Positions 18,901-30,129 of a stretch of DNA of 64,000 nucleotides are shown piece by piece (position 1 is the first letter of the stretch; each line of letters begins with the position of its first letter). This stretch comes from a virus. A program made the position numbers and the translations under genes. Location: IMG/VR virus record IMGVR_UViG_3300018876_000008, positions 32,001 through 96,000 of that record; one strand, written 5' to 3'. The notes under the pieces are model-generated. The model saw only the letters and a program-made list of their open reading frames with translations, made no database searches and was not told the DNA's origin.

Positions 18901-19765
18901 AGGAGTTAAAGGACTAAAAGGAATAAAAGGATATAAAGGACCTGACGGAGGTAGAGGACCTCAAGGAAATAAAGGTGTAAAAGGTCCTGTTGGAAGACCT
19001 GGACCTACCGGACCAACAAATACAACTAAAGGTTTAAAAGGACCAACAGGCCCAAATGGACCTCAAGGACCGAGAGGAGGAATAGGACCACAAGGTATTA
19101 AAGGTCAGAGAGCCCAACAAGGACCATTAGGAGATGTTGGTGATGAGTATGGTCCAAAAGGTCGTAAAGGTGCTATAGGACCTACCAATACAGATAAAGG
19201 TCCAAAAGGACCTATCGGTCGTGATAATCTAACTAAAGGTGCGAAAGGACCTAAAGGTGATATAGGTCCTGTCCTCGTAAAAAATGGACCTGGTGACCAA
19301 GGACCAACAGGTCCAAGAGGAAATAAAGGACCCAAAGGTCCGATAGGTAGAACGGGACCAACAGGACCTATAGGGGGTACAGGACCACAAGGTCCACAAG
19401 GTCCAAGAGGGGCTCAAGGGGTACAAGGACCTCAAGGACCTGCTTCAGATAAGAGAGTTAAAAATAATATTAAGTCTTTAAAGGGTAATTTATCTAAATT
19501 AAAAAATATTAGAGGTGTTAAATTTACATGGAAGGGTGGAATAAATCACAGATTTAATATAAAAGGAAATGATATCGGTTTTATCGCTCAAGAAATTGAT
19601 AAAGTTATACCTGACGTGGTATTTACTGGTGAAGACGGATTCTTAAAATTAGAATACGGTAAGTTAGTTGCTATTGGGATTGGTTCAATACAAGAGCAAC
19701 ATACACGTATAACTCAACTTAAGGAGAGAATTAACATATTGAAATCAAAAGTTTTAAATGGGTAG
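15905..19765 (+). CDS. Collagen-like tail fibre 1 with C-terminal peptidase S74 chaperone
   Basis: Over 1000 aa of interrupted Gly-X-Y (GLK, GPK, GPQ); C-terminal SDKRVKNNI...GFIAQE domain with coiled coil. Confidence 0.88.
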   Translation: MAKDVRIVPQPTGTTLPYILFENANGDVMSLNVSDDGRIVFSGATHGNNLVTIDSDRVNIKGSIHMGNDMGFNGVMTITDTGGWKGSTVGLKGNKGTVGPTGPKGHQGPTGPAGARGTTVKGESGDKGRKGLKGLKGLKGNIGTSRIFYNDGDKGLKGKQGPQSTDKGDKGLKGLRGVKGEIGQLGPIGIQGPQGPVGLKGINSDKGIVGDKGDKGLKGLKGLKGLKGPVGLKGKKGILGPQGPISQAGNVADKGTKGPKGPQGQKGPKGIQGPQGTKGLTANTGGQGPIGPKGPTGSKGIKGLRGNKGVKGLKGLKGLKGRKGLIAVTGDNGQQGPIGQQGPIGFKGDKGLKGLEGPKGPKGIKGPQAETTVQGPQGSQGLQGNTSTDKGIKGQKGLKGNKGIKGLKPNSGERGNIGETGPNGPQGIQGPKGDDKGQKGFKGIKGKKGVKGAIGPQGEIGNQGNIATTGDKGLKGLFGPTAFKGLKGLKGNKGLKGPKNIQGPQGPVGLDADRGSIGNQGLQSTDKGLKGPKGPKGIKGLKGLKPGRGPQPSVGSRGVQGPQGPQGPQGPTSADKGFKGLKGLKGITGVRGEQGIGGQRGTQGTQGPTGNRGNTGTSSDKGNRGPQSTEKGLKGPDGGRGPQSTDKGQKGPQGSRGAKASTGDQGPTSTDRGNQGETGPNGPNSTDKGQKGPRGGIGTQGPKGYKGPQGPANNDRGPVGDKGFKGPKGNRGAIGGQGSVGNTSTVKGSIGPSNTTKGLKGIKGRKGSEGPRGPEGPQGPRGTASTVKGYKGPSNSVKGIKGLKGLKGLKGPRGPQGPRGPQGSTSTVKGSIGNPNNLQGLKGSKGLKGLKGSTGPRGPQGARGNVSTVKGYKGLANNTKGNTGETGPQGLKGRQGSQGPQGPRGTASTVKGPKGLTNTTKGPKGLKGLKGLKGTKGRKGDKGLIGNQSTVKGYKGPNNTTKGPKGPKGLKGLKGNFGPAGFKGFKGPQSTVKGAIGEQGVKGLKGIKGYKGPDGGRGPQGNKGVKGPVGRPGPTGPTNTTKGLKGPTGPNGPQGPRGGIGPQGIKGQRAQQGPLGDVGDEYGPKGRKGAIGPTNTDKGPKGPIGRDNLTKGAKGPKGDIGPVLVKNGPGDQGPTGPRGNKGPKGPIGRTGPTGPIGGTGPQGPQGPRGAQGVQGPQGPASDKRVKNNIKSLKGNLSKLKNIRGVKFTWKGGINHRFNIKGNDIGFIAQEIDKVIPDVVFTGEDGFLKLEYGKLVAIGIGSIQEQHTRITQLKERINILKSKVLNG

Positions 19766-22700
19766 AGATATTAACATAAATCCAACAGGTGGTACAATTC
19801 ATTTTTCAGGTCAATCAAATACTAAGATTGATGTGAAATATACTAGCGGTGAATTAAATTTTAATACTCACTTAGGTAACGACTTTAAAATAACGAATCA
19901 TTTAGAACTTGATAGTTTAAAATTTATGGCTGAAACCTCAGTTGTAAAAAATAATAGTGATGAATTAATTGACGACCGTGGTAACTGGAAAGGGCATGCA
20001 ATGAATATGGGAGGGCCAACAGGACCAACAGGGCCACAAGGACCTGTAGGGGCAAAAGGTGATGAACCATCTGCAGGTCAAAGAGGTGCAAAAGGTGAAA
20101 AAGGTATTAAAGGACAGACTTCATTAGAACAAGGACCTACGGGTGACGTTGGACCAAAAGGTCTTAAAGGTATTAAAGGTGAGAAAGCCTCCCAAGGACC
20201 ACAAGGACCTGCAGGGGTAAAAGGTTTAATTGGACCACAAGGTTCTGAAGGACCAGCTGGACCTGCCGCGATTAAAGGGGATATTGGGACACAAGGACCT
20301 AAAGGGTTAAAAGGTTTACAAGGTATTAAAGGTTCAATAGGTAATTCAATTAAAGGTCCTATAGGTGCAGATGCAGATAAAGGTAATACAGGACCTACCG
20401 GTAATAATAAAGGAGATATTGGACCTAAAGGTATTGTTGGGGATAAAGGTCCACAAGGACCAATTGGTCTTACAGCAAATTTAGATGTTTATGTTTTCTA
20501 TGATGCAACATCAATGCCAAGTGATAAGGCTAAAGAGGCTTCTCAAAGTGTTAGAGATTGGTTCCAAACGGTAAACGGTAATGGTGACATTAACAAATTA
20601 TACGAGGGTGTAATCGGTAAAAACAATGTTAATGGTGAAAACTGGTTATGGTGGGCATCTTATCCATATCTTGGTTCACTTAGTGGTGGTACGTTGAGTA
20701 ACGGAACACAGTTGAGTGAATTTAATAGTGCGGTACCTAACGCCACTTATGATTCCGATTATTGTAAATCTAATTCGGGTGGTAATTGTGTACCAAGAAA
20801 TTCACAATTTAATGATGGTCTAACCACATATAGAAGAATTAACAGAGGTCTTAATTTAGATACTGGTGCTGTAGAAAATATTTCTCAAGGGGTTCCTTTT
20901 GACCATAGTAATTTAAATAATACAGAAACATCGGGACAGGGTTCATTCGGTGGTGATAATACTAATTATTTAGTTATCATAGTCGCCGATGAGTCAGATG
21001 GTATTGTTGGTTTATATCATGGACAGTTAGGTGGGACACCAACCAACGCTACTAAGAGTGATTTATATAATAAACCATTTGAACTGAATGGTGATTATTG
21101 GAATAATAGTGCCGGTACTGAATATACTAATAGATATTTACACGACTACTGTGCATATATACAAGTTTATGAAGACATTATATCTAATAGACAAGGAAAT
21201 GCAAGAGGTTTAATATATCCTGTAGTAAATCCACTTAGAGGTACCGCCACATATGCATTTGTTCAACATGCGGTTGGTGCTGTTGAAGGTGAAACCATTA
21301 CTACTCAAGAATTTTTAAATAGTTACGGAGACCAAATGGATTCAGTTGGTCCTGAAAATTTAAATTTAACTGCATTAACACATACTAATGTATATTCAGC
21401 TTTAGCTTCTGAAAATTGTTATACGAGTTTAAATGTAGATTTTAAAAATGGGGCGGGGTTAAAACACTTTGGTTTTGGAGTTGACCCAACCGTAGATAAT
21501 TTTACTGAAGAGGTGGTAACAAATGCGTTAACATCATTTTTACGTCAACAAGGTGATACAGGTGACCAAGGTAATAAAGGTATTACAGGTGATGATAAAG
21601 GAACAAAAGGTCTTAAAGGTATAAAGGGACTAAAAGGTATTAAAGGACAAAGAGGTCCTAATACGGATTCAGGTTTAAAAGGTGCGATAGGTGACCAAGG
21701 ACCTGTTGGTATTGACGGTCCAATAGGTAACTTAAAAGGACCCAAAGGTGAAGTAGGTGTTGTTGGGCCAAAAGGTTTAAAAGGTCCTGATGGTAGTATA
21801 GGTGATTCACCAAAAGGTGCTGTTGGGTTAACAGGTGACCAAGGACCTACAGGTGGTAGAGGTGAAACATCGACAGATAAGGGTCAAAAAGGTATTAAAG
21901 GACAAAGAGGTGTTAAGGGATTAAAAGGATTAAAAGGTATCAAAGGGTTAATAGCAGTTCAAGGGGATGTAGGACCAACAGGACCTCAATCAGATAAAGG
22001 AATTGTTGGTGATAAAGGTAATAAAGGGCTTAAAGGTTTAAAAGGATATAAAGGTATCAAAGGAATTAAAGGTCCTATTGGTATAATTGCCGACCAAGGA
22101 GATACAGGACCCGTTTCTCAAAACGGTGAAGGTGCAGACAAAGGATTCAAAGGACTTAAAGGTATAAAAGGATTAAAAGGTAAGAAGGGTATTGAAGGAC
22201 CTAAAGGACCTACAGGTACATCTTCGGAAGAAGGTACTGTTGGACCTACAGGTGAAAAAGGAGAAAGAGGACCACAAGGAGATAAAGGTAATAAAGGTTT
22301 AAAAGGTCTTAAAGGTAAAAAAGGTATAAAAGGTACTAAAGGACTTAAAGGTTTAATTGCCAGTCAAGGAGATAAAGGACCACAAGGGCCAATTGGTGTT
22401 AAAGGTGAGCAAGGAAATAAAGGGGACAAAGGACTTAAAGGTATTAAAGGTCAAAAAGGTTATAAAGGATTAACCGGTCCTCAAGGTAACAAAGGTTTAA
22501 TGGCTTCTCAAGGAGATACAGGACCACAAGGACCGGCAAGTATTAAAGGTCAAAAAGGACTTAAAGGTATTAAAGGTCAAAAAGGATATAAAGGGTTAAG
22601 AGGTAATAAAGGTCCAAAAGGTTATAAGGGATTAAAAGGTATTACAGGTGATAAAGGATTTATTAGTACAGTTACCGGAGATAAAGGTATTAAAGGTCAA

Positions 22701-24941
22701 AAAGGGTTTAGAGCAACCGATGGAGATAAAGGTATAAAAGGGCAAAAAGGTTATAAAGGTAATCAAGGTCCAAGAGGAACTGCATCTACAGTAAAAGGTT
22801 TAAAAGGTCGTAAAGGTTTTAAAGGTAATAGGGCTACTGATGGTGTAAAAGGATTTAAAGGATTTAAAGGATTAAAAGGGTTACGAGGACCTTTGGGACC
22901 ACAAGGTAGTCAGGAGGGCCCAAAAGGATTAATAGGTGCAGAAGGCCCTATAGGTCCTACTGCCGATAAAGGTTTAAAAGGATTAAAAGGTATTAAAGGA
23001 CCCAAAGGACCTAAAGGACCTAAAGGATTAAGGGCAGGTGCAGTTGGACCAACAGGACCTAAAGGACCAATCGGACCTACTGCAGAAAAAGGATTTAAAG
23101 GTCTAAAAGGTCCAAAAGGTTATAAGGGACCTAAAGGACCTACAGGTTCCACAACAGGTGCTGAAGGAGATACAGGACCACAAGGTCCAACAGGTCCTAC
23201 CGCTTACAAAGGGTTTAAAGGGATAAAAGGATATAAAGGTCCGAAGGGTCCAAAAGGACCTCTTGGTTTGACAACAGGACCTAAAGGGTTAAAAGGACCT
23301 ATAGGTCAAACAGGACCAACTGCGAATAAAGGCCAAAAAGGATATAAAGGACCAAAAGGATATAAAGGACCTAAGGGTCCACTTGGACCGACTACAGGGG
23401 ATAAAGGACAAAAAGGTAAGAAAGGTTCGATAGGTGATAGTGCAAATAAAGGATTAAAAGGTCCAAAAGGGCCTAAAGGTTATAAGGGGCCTAAAGGAGA
23501 AAAAGGTCCTCATTCAAACAATAAAGGACCCGTAGGACCTCAAGGACCACTCGGACCTACCGCTGATAAAGGTGAACAAGGACCTAAAGGACCAATTGGA
23601 AATAAAGGACCTAAAGGACCAAAAGGAAGTGCAACCGGTGATAAAGGGCAACAAGGAGAGACAGGACCACAAGGACCTCTTGGAAAATCAGGACCAACTG
23701 GAGGTGTTGGAGATAAAGGTCCGAAAGGTGCCAAAGGTCCTCAAGGGTTAAATGGGATACAGTCAGGACCTACAGGACCACAAGGACCTGTTAATAACAC
23801 AAAAGGACAAAAAGGATATAAGGGACCTGAAGGTCCAATAGGTATACAAGGTCCCGAAGGAGAAATCGGTAATACGGAGGGAGCTCAAGGACCTAAAGGT
23901 AGTGTAAGTACGGTTAAAGGTCCTAAAGGACCTAAAGGTTATAAAGGACTGAAAGGATTATACGGTCCCAAAGGTTTAAAGGGTAGACAAGGACCGACTG
24001 ATATTAAAAAATTTATTGGTCAACAAGGTGATAAAGGACCAAGAGGAACAGATTCTACAGTTAAAGGACCGACAGGTCCACAAGGGGCTAAAGGGCCAAA
24101 AGGACCCATAGGACCTAAAGGAGCTAGAAAAACTCAAGGACCGACAGGTCCACAAGGGGCTAAAGGGCCAAAAGGTTACAAAGGACCTACAGGGCCACAA
24201 GGTCCAAGAGGTCAAAAAGGACGTGTAGGTGCAAGTGGACTTAGTGGTCCACAAGGGGAAAAAGGATTTAAAGGTAGGAAAGGACCTGCGGGACCTTCAG
24301 GTGTATCGTGTTATTCACACGATGTTGCACTTATAAGTGATAAAGCATTACCATGTAGCTTTTGTGATAGAGATGCGCCACCGTGTGGTGAGGAACCCAA
24401 CGTTACAGTATATTCTCCTAATTCAGGGGCATTAAGTGCGGGTAATTTTGTTTATACTGACTCAAATTGTACCGAATGTAGAACACCGAGACCTGGTTGT
24501 TTTGATGATAAGTCAGGCCAATTTACATTATGGGACGCTGACCATAATAATAGTTCTATACATACTTGGGATTTACAATTTTGTGGATTATTAAAGTGTG
24601 CGGATTGTTCCTTCTCAGATGAAAGACTTAAAACTGGTATTAGAACAATATCTAATTCATTAGAATCCTTATTAAACATTCAAGTTACTGAGTACGATTG
24701 GAATGAGAAATATTCGGGTTACGATTTCTTAAAAGAAAGACAAAAACTTCACTCTATTGGTATGATTGCACAAGATATCCAAAAAATATTTCCTGAAGTA
24801 GTTTACAAAAGAAGTGATGGTTACTACGCTATTAAATATTTCAAATTAAATGCACTAATAATAGAATCGATTAAGTCTCACCAAGTATTTATAGATGATA
24901 TTGATGAACAAATAAAATGGTTAAAAACACAAATTAATTAA
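19758..24941 (+). CDS. Collagen-like tail fibre 2 with inserted vWA-like domain, Cys-rich tip and S74 chaperone
   Basis: Gly-X-Y blocks interrupted by a ~355-aa globular insert (VYVFYDATS...LVIIVADES); Cys-rich region; SDERLK...GMIAQD. Confidence 0.88.
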   Translation: MGRDININPTGGTIHFSGQSNTKIDVKYTSGELNFNTHLGNDFKITNHLELDSLKFMAETSVVKNNSDELIDDRGNWKGHAMNMGGPTGPTGPQGPVGAKGDEPSAGQRGAKGEKGIKGQTSLEQGPTGDVGPKGLKGIKGEKASQGPQGPAGVKGLIGPQGSEGPAGPAAIKGDIGTQGPKGLKGLQGIKGSIGNSIKGPIGADADKGNTGPTGNNKGDIGPKGIVGDKGPQGPIGLTANLDVYVFYDATSMPSDKAKEASQSVRDWFQTVNGNGDINKLYEGVIGKNNVNGENWLWWASYPYLGSLSGGTLSNGTQLSEFNSAVPNATYDSDYCKSNSGGNCVPRNSQFNDGLTTYRRINRGLNLDTGAVENISQGVPFDHSNLNNTETSGQGSFGGDNTNYLVIIVADESDGIVGLYHGQLGGTPTNATKSDLYNKPFELNGDYWNNSAGTEYTNRYLHDYCAYIQVYEDIISNRQGNARGLIYPVVNPLRGTATYAFVQHAVGAVEGETITTQEFLNSYGDQMDSVGPENLNLTALTHTNVYSALASENCYTSLNVDFKNGAGLKHFGFGVDPTVDNFTEEVVTNALTSFLRQQGDTGDQGNKGITGDDKGTKGLKGIKGLKGIKGQRGPNTDSGLKGAIGDQGPVGIDGPIGNLKGPKGEVGVVGPKGLKGPDGSIGDSPKGAVGLTGDQGPTGGRGETSTDKGQKGIKGQRGVKGLKGLKGIKGLIAVQGDVGPTGPQSDKGIVGDKGNKGLKGLKGYKGIKGIKGPIGIIADQGDTGPVSQNGEGADKGFKGLKGIKGLKGKKGIEGPKGPTGTSSEEGTVGPTGEKGERGPQGDKGNKGLKGLKGKKGIKGTKGLKGLIASQGDKGPQGPIGVKGEQGNKGDKGLKGIKGQKGYKGLTGPQGNKGLMASQGDTGPQGPASIKGQKGLKGIKGQKGYKGLRGNKGPKGYKGLKGITGDKGFISTVTGDKGIKGQKGFRATDGDKGIKGQKGYKGNQGPRGTASTVKGLKGRKGFKGNRATDGVKGFKGFKGLKGLRGPLGPQGSQEGPKGLIGAEGPIGPTADKGLKGLKGIKGPKGPKGPKGLRAGAVGPTGPKGPIGPTAEKGFKGLKGPKGYKGPKGPTGSTTGAEGDTGPQGPTGPTAYKGFKGIKGYKGPKGPKGPLGLTTGPKGLKGPIGQTGPTANKGQKGYKGPKGYKGPKGPLGPTTGDKGQKGKKGSIGDSANKGLKGPKGPKGYKGPKGEKGPHSNNKGPVGPQGPLGPTADKGEQGPKGPIGNKGPKGPKGSATGDKGQQGETGPQGPLGKSGPTGGVGDKGPKGAKGPQGLNGIQSGPTGPQGPVNNTKGQKGYKGPEGPIGIQGPEGEIGNTEGAQGPKGSVSTVKGPKGPKGYKGLKGLYGPKGLKGRQGPTDIKKFIGQQGDKGPRGTDSTVKGPTGPQGAKGPKGPIGPKGARKTQGPTGPQGAKGPKGYKGPTGPQGPRGQKGRVGASGLSGPQGEKGFKGRKGPAGPSGVSCYSHDVALISDKALPCSFCDRDAPPCGEEPNVTVYSPNSGALSAGNFVYTDSNCTECRTPRPGCFDDKSGQFTLWDADHNNSSIHTWDLQFCGLLKCADCSFSDERLKTGIRTISNSLESLLNIQVTEYDWNEKYSGYDFLKERQKLHSIGMIAQDIQKIFPEVVYKRSDGYYAIKYFKLNALIIESIKSHQVFIDDIDEQIKWLKTQIN

Positions 24942-27900
24942 TGGCTAATATTATTATATACCCTACAGGGAGTACTACTAATAGTAATCCTCACATTATA
25001 TTTACAGGTTCAGGTAGTAATGATTATACTATTGAAATAGATACTAGTGGTGATTTAATATTTAAATCGTCTAGCAATATTTTTAAAATTAAAGATAGTG
25101 CTCAACCATTTCAATTTGACGGTGAAGTAGATGTGGTTAATAGTGAATTATATGTGGGTAATACTATGGTTGTTGATTCAAATGGTAATTGGGTTGGAGT
25201 ATTATCAGGATTAAAAGGAATACAAGGACCAATTGGTGCAAAAGGAAGAGTTGGTGACCAAGGACCTAAAGGTGCAAAAGGTCAAGAAGGTCCTGTTGGT
25301 GAGCAAGGAGATAAAGGTAATCTAGGTATTAAAGGAAGAATAGGTTCTACAGGAATTAAAGGTGCAAAAGGACCTATTTCAGTTAAAGGTGATAAAGGTA
25401 ATAGAGGGCCTCAAGGGGAAGACGGAGCGGTAGGACCTAAAGGTTTAAAAGGTGTAAGACCTTCAGACAGTAGTAAAGGTATAAAAGGACCAAAAGGTTT
25501 AAAAGGAGAAACATCTAACGATAAAGGTTTAAAAGGACCTATAGGTTTTAAAGGTATTAAAGGTAATAAAGGACCGAAACAAGTTACAGGACCCCAAGGG
25601 TCTCAAGGAGGTATTTCGCCAAAAGGACCTATTGGGTTACAAGGTCCGACAAGTACTGACAAGGGTCAAAAAGGACCTAAAGGTATTAAAGGAGTAAAAG
25701 GTCAGAAAGGTATTGACGGTAATAAAGGTCCTGAAGGTGATAAAGGTTTAAGATATACTGATGGGGACCAGGGGCCACAAGGACCTACAGGTCCTACTGC
25801 AGACAAAGGTATTAAAGGTAACAAAGGTGTTAAGGGGTTATTAGGTCCACAGGGAATACAAGGACCTGATGGTACTGTTGGTACTCAAGGACCACAAGGA
25901 CCCTTAGGACCACAGGGTGTACAATCTTCAGATAAGGGAGATAAAGGTATTAAAGGTATTAAAGGTAGGAAAGGAATTAAAGGTCCTAAACAAGTACGTG
26001 GTAATATTGGTATACAAGGTGATAAAGGTTTTATAGGGCCACAAGGACCTGAAGGACCAGCAGGACCTGCAGCCGTTAAAGGACCTATAGGTCCACAAGG
26101 GCCGATTGGGCCAAAAGGTTTGGAAGGGAACCGAGGGCCACAAGGTTCATCATTAAAAGGACCAACAGGTTCGGGAGGTGAGAAAGGTCCGCAAGGTGAT
26201 AATAGTACAGATAAAGGTCCTATAGGTATAAAAGGACCGATAGGTATAAAAGGTTTTAAAGGACCTAGAGGACCACAATCAGAAGTAAGTGTTGGTGATA
26301 AAGGTAATACTGGACCCATAGGACCACAAGGACCGGCTAGTTCCGATAAAGGACTAAAAGGGCCTCAAGGGTTTAAAGGGTTAAAAGGTAAGAGAGGACC
26401 ACAAGGACCACAAGGAAATAATGAAAAAGGATTTATAGGTGATGGTGCACAAGGGGGAGATATAGGTCCAACAAATACTGATAAAGGACACCAAGGACCA
26501 ACTGGACCTGTCGGACCAAAAGGTTTTGTAGGTACTAAAGGTAGTATAGGTACGTCTCCTCAAGGTGATGTAGGAGATGGTGGTGACCAAGGACCTACTG
26601 CAAGTCAAGGGCCAGCAAGTACCGATAAAGGACTAAAAGGTTTAAAAGGATTTAAAGGGCCAAAAGGGTTTACAGGCCCTCAAGGAGGTATAGGACCTAG
26701 AATTACAGGACCCACAGGACCTAATGGACCTACCGGACCAACAAATACAGATAAAGGTTTAAAGGGTTTTCAAGGACCAACAGGTCCTACTAATACGGAT
26801 AAAGGCACACAAGGGTCTAAGGGGCCAAGAGGACCTCAAGGTGGTCAAGGACCAACAGGACCTAACGGACCTAAAGGTATAACAGGAGGTCAAGGACCTC
26901 AAGGACCTACTAGTACTGATAAAGGTGTTAAAGGTCAAAAAGGATATAAAGGACCTGAAGGGCCAACAGGAGAAAAGGGACCATTAGGACCAAAAGGATT
27001 ACAAAATAATACACAAGGAGACCAAGGACCCGTATCAAGTGATAGGGGTGATAAAGGGCCTAAAGGTATTAAAGGTATCAAAGGTGTTAAAGGACCTAGA
27101 GGTGAACAAGGAGCCAAGAATATTACAGGAGCAAAAGGACCAACAGGACCCCAAGGACCTGCTGGAAATAATAAAGGACCAATTGGACAATTAGGACCCA
27201 TAGGGTTTACAGGTCCACAAGGTTTAAAAGGTAGTACAAGTGATATAGGTAATAAAGGTCCGATAGGACCACAAGGACCCGCGAGTACGGATAGAGGGGT
27301 ACAAGGTAATATAGGTGCATTTATTGGACAAGGCCCCCAAGGACCTCAAGGACCAAATAGTTCAACAGGTCTTGTTGGTGCTCAAGGACCAATAGGACCT
27401 GCGGGTAACAATAAAGGACCAATCGGCCCTCAAGGTAATAGAGCGGATAAAGGACCTATCGGTCCTGTAGGGGAGAAGAATAATACTGGTGGACAAGGAC
27501 CAACCGGCCCACAAGGACCGGCTAGTAGTGATAGAGGACCCCAAGGACCCCAAGGTAATAAGGCACAAACAGGTGACCAAGGACCAATAGGTCCGCAAAA
27601 TATAGTAGGTGCTCAGGGACCCATAGGACCACAAGGGCCGGCTAGTTCAGACAAAGGACCAAAAGGACCATTAGGACCTATAGGACCTATAGGACCACAA
27701 GGCTCTATAGGTTCCAAGAATGCGACTGGTGGTGTTGGTGATAGAGGACTTCAAGGAGACCAAGGACAAAATAGAGGACCTCAAGGAGACCAAGGACCAA
27801 TACAGTCAGGAGGTTCTCAAGGTATACAAGGACTAAAAGGGTTAAAAGGACTAAAAGGAGGTAGAGGTACTCAAGGTCCAAATAGTTCTGATAAAGGACC

Positions 27901-28780
27901 AATAGGTCAAAAAGGGCCTAGAGGTCCACAAGGACCAAGAGGAGGAAATGGTATACCAGGACCACAGGGTCCAACAGGACCTAACGGACCGATTGGACCT
28001 GAAGGTAATAAAGGTATTAAAGGAATAAAAGGTTTTATAGGACCTAAAGGTCCCAAAGGACCACAAGGCCCACAAGGCCCAACCGGCCCACAAGGACCAC
28101 TAGGACCGTTAGGGTCAAGTAGTACAGATAAAGGAGAAAAAGGTTCAAAAGGACGTAAAGGACCGATAGGGATAACAGGAGCTAAAGGGCCAAAAGGTTA
28201 CAAAGGACCTAAAGGTTCAATAGGTCTTGATGGTGCGAATGCAGATAAAGGTATTAAAGGTCTAAAGGGTCCTTTACAACTTAAGGGACGTAAAGGTCCT
28301 ATTGGACCACAGGGTCCCACAGGCCCTAAAGGGTCACAAGGATTAATTGGACCTAAAGGTTATAAAGGTCCTACAGGTGGTGGAGGACTTCAAGGAGCCA
28401 CAGGACCTCAAGGACCTGCCGGAGCACAAGGACCAGCAGGAGGACCATCTGACAAAAGATTAAAAGAAAATATTGTTACCATTGATGAAGCACTTAAAAA
28501 AGTATTGAAATTAAGAGGAGTAGAATTTATATGGAGAAAAGAAGGTATTAATGGTGAAATCATTGATGAGGGTGGTAGAAAAGATATTGGTGTTATTGCA
28601 CAAGAAGTTAAAGAGGTTTTACCTGAATTAATTCTTGGTGACGAAGAAAGTGCTTATAGAGTAAGATACGGTGAAATGATATCAATATTATTTGAGGCTA
28701 TTAAAGAACAAGAATCAATACTAGATTTAAAAGAAGATGAGTTAGAAGAGTTAGAGAGAAAATTTAAAGATAATCAGTAA
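24941..28780 (+). CDS. Collagen-like tail fibre 3 with C-terminal peptidase S74 chaperone
   Basis: Long Gly-X-Y region; SDKRLKENI...GVIAQEV. Confidence 0.88.
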   Translation: MANIIIYPTGSTTNSNPHIIFTGSGSNDYTIEIDTSGDLIFKSSSNIFKIKDSAQPFQFDGEVDVVNSELYVGNTMVVDSNGNWVGVLSGLKGIQGPIGAKGRVGDQGPKGAKGQEGPVGEQGDKGNLGIKGRIGSTGIKGAKGPISVKGDKGNRGPQGEDGAVGPKGLKGVRPSDSSKGIKGPKGLKGETSNDKGLKGPIGFKGIKGNKGPKQVTGPQGSQGGISPKGPIGLQGPTSTDKGQKGPKGIKGVKGQKGIDGNKGPEGDKGLRYTDGDQGPQGPTGPTADKGIKGNKGVKGLLGPQGIQGPDGTVGTQGPQGPLGPQGVQSSDKGDKGIKGIKGRKGIKGPKQVRGNIGIQGDKGFIGPQGPEGPAGPAAVKGPIGPQGPIGPKGLEGNRGPQGSSLKGPTGSGGEKGPQGDNSTDKGPIGIKGPIGIKGFKGPRGPQSEVSVGDKGNTGPIGPQGPASSDKGLKGPQGFKGLKGKRGPQGPQGNNEKGFIGDGAQGGDIGPTNTDKGHQGPTGPVGPKGFVGTKGSIGTSPQGDVGDGGDQGPTASQGPASTDKGLKGLKGFKGPKGFTGPQGGIGPRITGPTGPNGPTGPTNTDKGLKGFQGPTGPTNTDKGTQGSKGPRGPQGGQGPTGPNGPKGITGGQGPQGPTSTDKGVKGQKGYKGPEGPTGEKGPLGPKGLQNNTQGDQGPVSSDRGDKGPKGIKGIKGVKGPRGEQGAKNITGAKGPTGPQGPAGNNKGPIGQLGPIGFTGPQGLKGSTSDIGNKGPIGPQGPASTDRGVQGNIGAFIGQGPQGPQGPNSSTGLVGAQGPIGPAGNNKGPIGPQGNRADKGPIGPVGEKNNTGGQGPTGPQGPASSDRGPQGPQGNKAQTGDQGPIGPQNIVGAQGPIGPQGPASSDKGPKGPLGPIGPIGPQGSIGSKNATGGVGDRGLQGDQGQNRGPQGDQGPIQSGGSQGIQGLKGLKGLKGGRGTQGPNSSDKGPIGQKGPRGPQGPRGGNGIPGPQGPTGPNGPIGPEGNKGIKGIKGFIGPKGPKGPQGPQGPTGPQGPLGPLGSSSTDKGEKGSKGRKGPIGITGAKGPKGYKGPKGSIGLDGANADKGIKGLKGPLQLKGRKGPIGPQGPTGPKGSQGLIGPKGYKGPTGGGGLQGATGPQGPAGAQGPAGGPSDKRLKENIVTIDEALKKVLKLRGVEFIWRKEGINGEIIDEGGRKDIGVIAQEVKEVLPELILGDEESAYRVRYGEMISILFEAIKEQESILDLKEDELEELERKFKDNQ

Positions 28781-29819
28781 TCATATCGTTAAGATATTGA
28801 GAAACCAAAGTATGGTCGGCATAATCATAATAACTTCTACTCATTGACGCACCTTCAATTACTTCCTCAGAAATCATTTCTTTAGTCAGGTCTTCAAAGT
28901 CACCATAATACTCAAATACATTTCTGTAATCATCTAACTGATAGTCATCATTAAAAATTGAACTAAATAAATAAGGTATGAATTTGGTAACTTCTATAAT
29001 GTAGTTGTAAATTGTTTTTTCTTCACCATTACTAGTTTTTACGGTCTTAGATTCCCAATCACCACTATTATCTATTTCCAATAGATGTTTAATCTCATTT
29101 ATTATTTCATTATACTTTTCATCAGTATATGCGGTGTTATATGAGTGATGGTGAAGTGAATATAAATTACCTGAAACTTCAGAAGCCTCATCTAATAAGA
29201 CTTTAGTAGATTTTTCATCTTCTTCTAAAATATCCATTACTAATAAAGGGTCTTTAACTTCAACATAATTAGGGTGACCTTGGTCTTGAGCGATATTTTC
29301 TAATAACTCAGTTTCGGGTGAAATTTGAGTTCCTGATAATTCTTCAGATATTGATTTGGCAAGTAAGAATTTATTTTTTTCATTTAACTCTTCAATAACA
29401 TCGGTGTATAAATTTTGAGTAACATCTTGAAATGGTTCGAACCAATCATCTTCACCTAAAATATTTTCAACCATTTCTGATGATGACATTTCACGATGAC
29501 CGTCATCTGATTTAAAAAAAGTACTTAAGTCTGACCTTTCCCCAAGAGTTAAAAAATATTTATCACCTTTTTTACTTATATCACTATAGGTGGAAACAAT
29601 GTTATCGATAGTTTTTTTACGGTCATCAATATAACTCTTTCTTAGATAAGTCATTGGAAACATTTCAATAACACTTTCGTATGTGTCGGAGTTTTGAAGT
29701 AATCCGAACCTTTCTAGTAAATCAAAAAAACTATCCTTATCACCATTGAGATAACGGTTGATAAAGTCTTCAACCTCACCTGAACCTCCTTGTAGTATAC
29801 TGATAATTTTTTCTTTCAT
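28764..29819 (-). CDS. Acidic hypothetical protein
   Basis: 351 aa, D/E-rich; ATATTTAT on the minus strand at 29836-29843. Confidence 0.75.
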   Translation of the reverse strand: MKEKIISILQGGSGEVEDFINRYLNGDKDSFFDLLERFGLLQNSDTYESVIEMFPMTYLRKSYIDDRKKTIDNIVSTYSDISKKGDKYFLTLGERSDLSTFFKSDDGHREMSSSEMVENILGEDDWFEPFQDVTQNLYTDVIEELNEKNKFLLAKSISEELSGTQISPETELLENIAQDQGHPNYVEVKDPLLVMDILEEDEKSTKVLLDEASEVSGNLYSLHHHSYNTAYTDEKYNEIINEIKHLLEIDNSGDWESKTVKTSNGEEKTIYNYIIEVTKFIPYLFSSIFNDDYQLDDYRNVFEYYGDFEDLTKEMISEEVIEGASMSRSYYDYADHTLVSQYLNDMITDYL

Positions 29820-29843
29820 AACATGTTATTTACTTATAAATAT

Positions 29844-29870
29844 AAAAAAAGGTGAGTTTTACCTCACCTT
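29844..29870 (-). terminator. Intrinsic terminator
   Basis: aaggtgag-ttttac-ctcacctt hairpin next to an A run (U tract on the minus strand). Confidence 0.7.
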
Positions 29871-29895
29871 AGATTAATCCGCTAAAAATAATTAG

Positions 29896-30027
29896 TTATT
29901 TTTTTTCGTAATACTTTTCTACTGTTTTCTTAATTGCCTCTTTTACAGTTTGAGTATTGGCATTTCTTACAGTTTGAGTAGTTTTCTTTTGTTGGTTTTT
30001 GTTTTTATTTTTACAGCCGCATCCCAT
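29896..30027 (-). CDS. Small basic MGCGC-motif protein, missing from the ORF track
   Basis: MGCGCKNKNKNQQKKTTQTVRNANTQTVKEAIKKTVEKYYEKK (43 aa), flanked by its own ATATTTAT (30059-30066, minus) and a terminator. Confidence 0.7.
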   Translation of the reverse strand: MGCGCKNKNKNQQKKTTQTVRNANTQTVKEAIKKTVEKYYEKK

Positions 30028-30129
30028 AGTTGATATTTTTTTGATAAAGTTTATAATAATAAATATATGTAACCATGAATTAATGTAATAATTGGTTTTT
30101 AATTATATTTATGATAAAAGTACAATATT

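Noticed and set aside
16742-28093. Many minus-strand or alternate-frame ORFs inside the collagen genes
   Set aside because: Shadow ORFs caused by the GGN-rich repeat lacking stops on the opposite strand; no independent signals.
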